From NCBI RefSeq assembly GCF_001194135.2, contig NC_068994.1, positions 28,504,047 to 28,568,046 of the forward strand: 64,000 bases of DNA, in the 5' to 3' direction. The DNA comes from Octopus bimaculoides. Lineage: Eukaryota. The position numbers and the translations under genes are program-made. Below the pieces are notes generated by a model that had not been told where the DNA came from, did no database searches, and saw only the letters and a program-made list of their open reading frames with translations. Shown here one piece after another: positions 62,625 through 64,000 of the stretch. How positions within the stretch are numbered: the first letter of the stretch is position 1; every line of letters begins with the position of its first letter.

Positions 62625-63110
62625 GGCGCAGGAGTGGCTGTGTGGTAAGTAGCTTGCTTACCAACCACATGGTTGCGGGTTCAGTCCCACTGCGTGGCAC
62701 CTTGGGCAAGTGTCTTCTACTNNNNNNNNNNNNNNNNNNNNNNNNNNNNNNNNNNNNNNNNNNNNNNNNNNNNNNNNNNNNNNNNNNNNNNNNNNNNNNN
62801 NNNNNNNNNNNNNNNNNNCCTTGTGAGTGGATTTGGTAGACGGAAACTGAAAGAAGCCCGTCGTATATATGTATATATATATATGTGTGTGTGTATGTTT
62901 GTGTGTCTGTGTTTGTCCCTCCACCATCGCTTGACAACCGATGCTGGTGTGTTTACGTCCCCGTAACTTAACATTTCGGCAAAAGAAACCAATAGAATAA
63001 GTACTAGGCTTACAAAGAATAAGTCCTGGGGGCGATTTGCTCGACTAAAGGCGGTGCTCCAGCATGGCCGCAGTCAAATGACTGAAACAAGTAAAAGAGT
63101 AAAAGAGTAT
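62625..63110 (+). mobile_element. SINE family B, near-consensus copy (gapped)
   Basis: GGCGCAGGAGTGGCTGTGTGGTAAG (A-box-like)...GGTTGCGGGTTCAGTCCC (B-box-like)...tail GTAAAAGAGTAAAAGAG. Confidence 0.88.
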
Positions 63111-63659
63111 ACCAGTTCAACGAATAAGCATTTAATCTGACAAGGTAACAAATTAGGAAATTAACGGCTACAAGTGGGGATAGGCAGTAGCGGAGAAATA
63201 AGTATAAACAATAACTAAACCCAAAAACCTCGCGAACAAATAGTTAAAAAAAATACAGTATATAAAGAGACTATGTCAAGAAACTGAGATAAAATTAAGT
63301 AAATAAAGATACACTAATAATAAAAGAAAAAGGAGAGAGAAAGAGGGCGAGAAATGGAAAGAATAAAATAAAAAGAGAAAAGAACAACTATAAAAGTTAT
63401 AAGGTAGGGAAGGGATGAAGAGGAAAGCAGGATACTGCATATAATGTATCGACGTTTACGGGGGCGTGGTGATGGTGATGATGGGTTCAAAGTTCGACGG
63501 CTAGATGATAGGAACAAAAGCATGAAGGGGGTCAAGAAAAAGTGAGAGTATAAGCAACAGGAAATTAGAGAGGGTAGAACAAAAAGCAAAAGAAAGTACG
63601 AACACAGACACTGTAAAAGGCACGGTCAAAAACTAGTATAAATATATTATACACATATA

Positions 63660-63813
63660 TAGGGCGCAGGTGTGACTGTGCGCTTCCCAACCACGTGGCT
63701 CCGGTTTCAGTCCTACTGCGTGACACCTTGGGCAAGTGTCTTCTACTATAGCCTCGGGCCAACAAAAGCCTTGCGAATGGATTTAGTAGACGGAAACTGA
63801 AAGAAGCCCATAT

Positions 63814-63844
<31 letters not shown>

Positions 63845-63975
63845 TTGTCCCCCTATCACCGCTTGACAACCGGTGTTGGTGTGTTTACGTCCACGTAACA
63901 TAGCGTTTCGGCAAAAAGAGACCGACAGAATAAGTAACAGGCTTAAAAACCTTTCCAGCGGTGCCCCAGCACATT
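63660..63975 (+). mobile_element. SINE family B copy
   Basis: Same head and body motifs as the 62625 copy. Confidence 0.85.
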
Positions 63976-64000
63976 CAACGGATCTTTTTTTAAAACGGGG

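Noticed and set aside
62625-62700. tRNA genes at SINE heads (also ~47020 and ~63660)
   Set aside because: A/B-box-like motifs are present but no complete cloverleaf; each continues into the SINE body.
1319-62992. Long ORFs containing X runs (e.g. 49775-50863, 52601-53646, 60983-61927)
   Set aside because: Artefacts of N-gaps that contain no stop codons; only the Penelope- and Tx1-derived flanks are meaningful.

Overview
AT-rich animal genomic DNA with about ten N-gaps and dense SINEs and microsatellites. The repeat families and the tandem C2H2 zinc-finger gene point to an Octopus-like coleoid cephalopod; this is an inference, not verified. I assembled three host genes by hand from splice signals. 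(1) MRPL9, mitochondrial ribosomal protein bL9m, + strand, 7 coding exons, 2276-13790, 243 aa. (2) A 7-finger C2H2 ZNF gene, + strand, ~26.6-27.6 kb. (3) An unidentified 634-aa glutamine-rich protein, - strand, 3 coding exons, 44623-41219. The rest is transposon-derived: a Buster-type hAT fossil and a related MITE (both with 8-bp TSDs), Tc1/mariner relics, two head-to-head Tx1/L1-like LINEs, RTE and Hero/NeSL-like LINE fragments, a Helitron, and Penelope-like elements with hammerhead-ribozyme motifs. The most unusual items are an inverted Penelope pseudo-LTR pair in an MRPL9 intron in which one arm has lost almost exactly the ribozyme core, the orphan Q-rich gene with a splice donor directly after its stop codon, and several long palindromes or foldbacks. 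I found no CRISPR array, rRNA or genuine tRNA gene, and I cannot demonstrate a new multi-gene system. Gene exon and TSD coordinates were counted by hand; other repeat boundaries are approximate.
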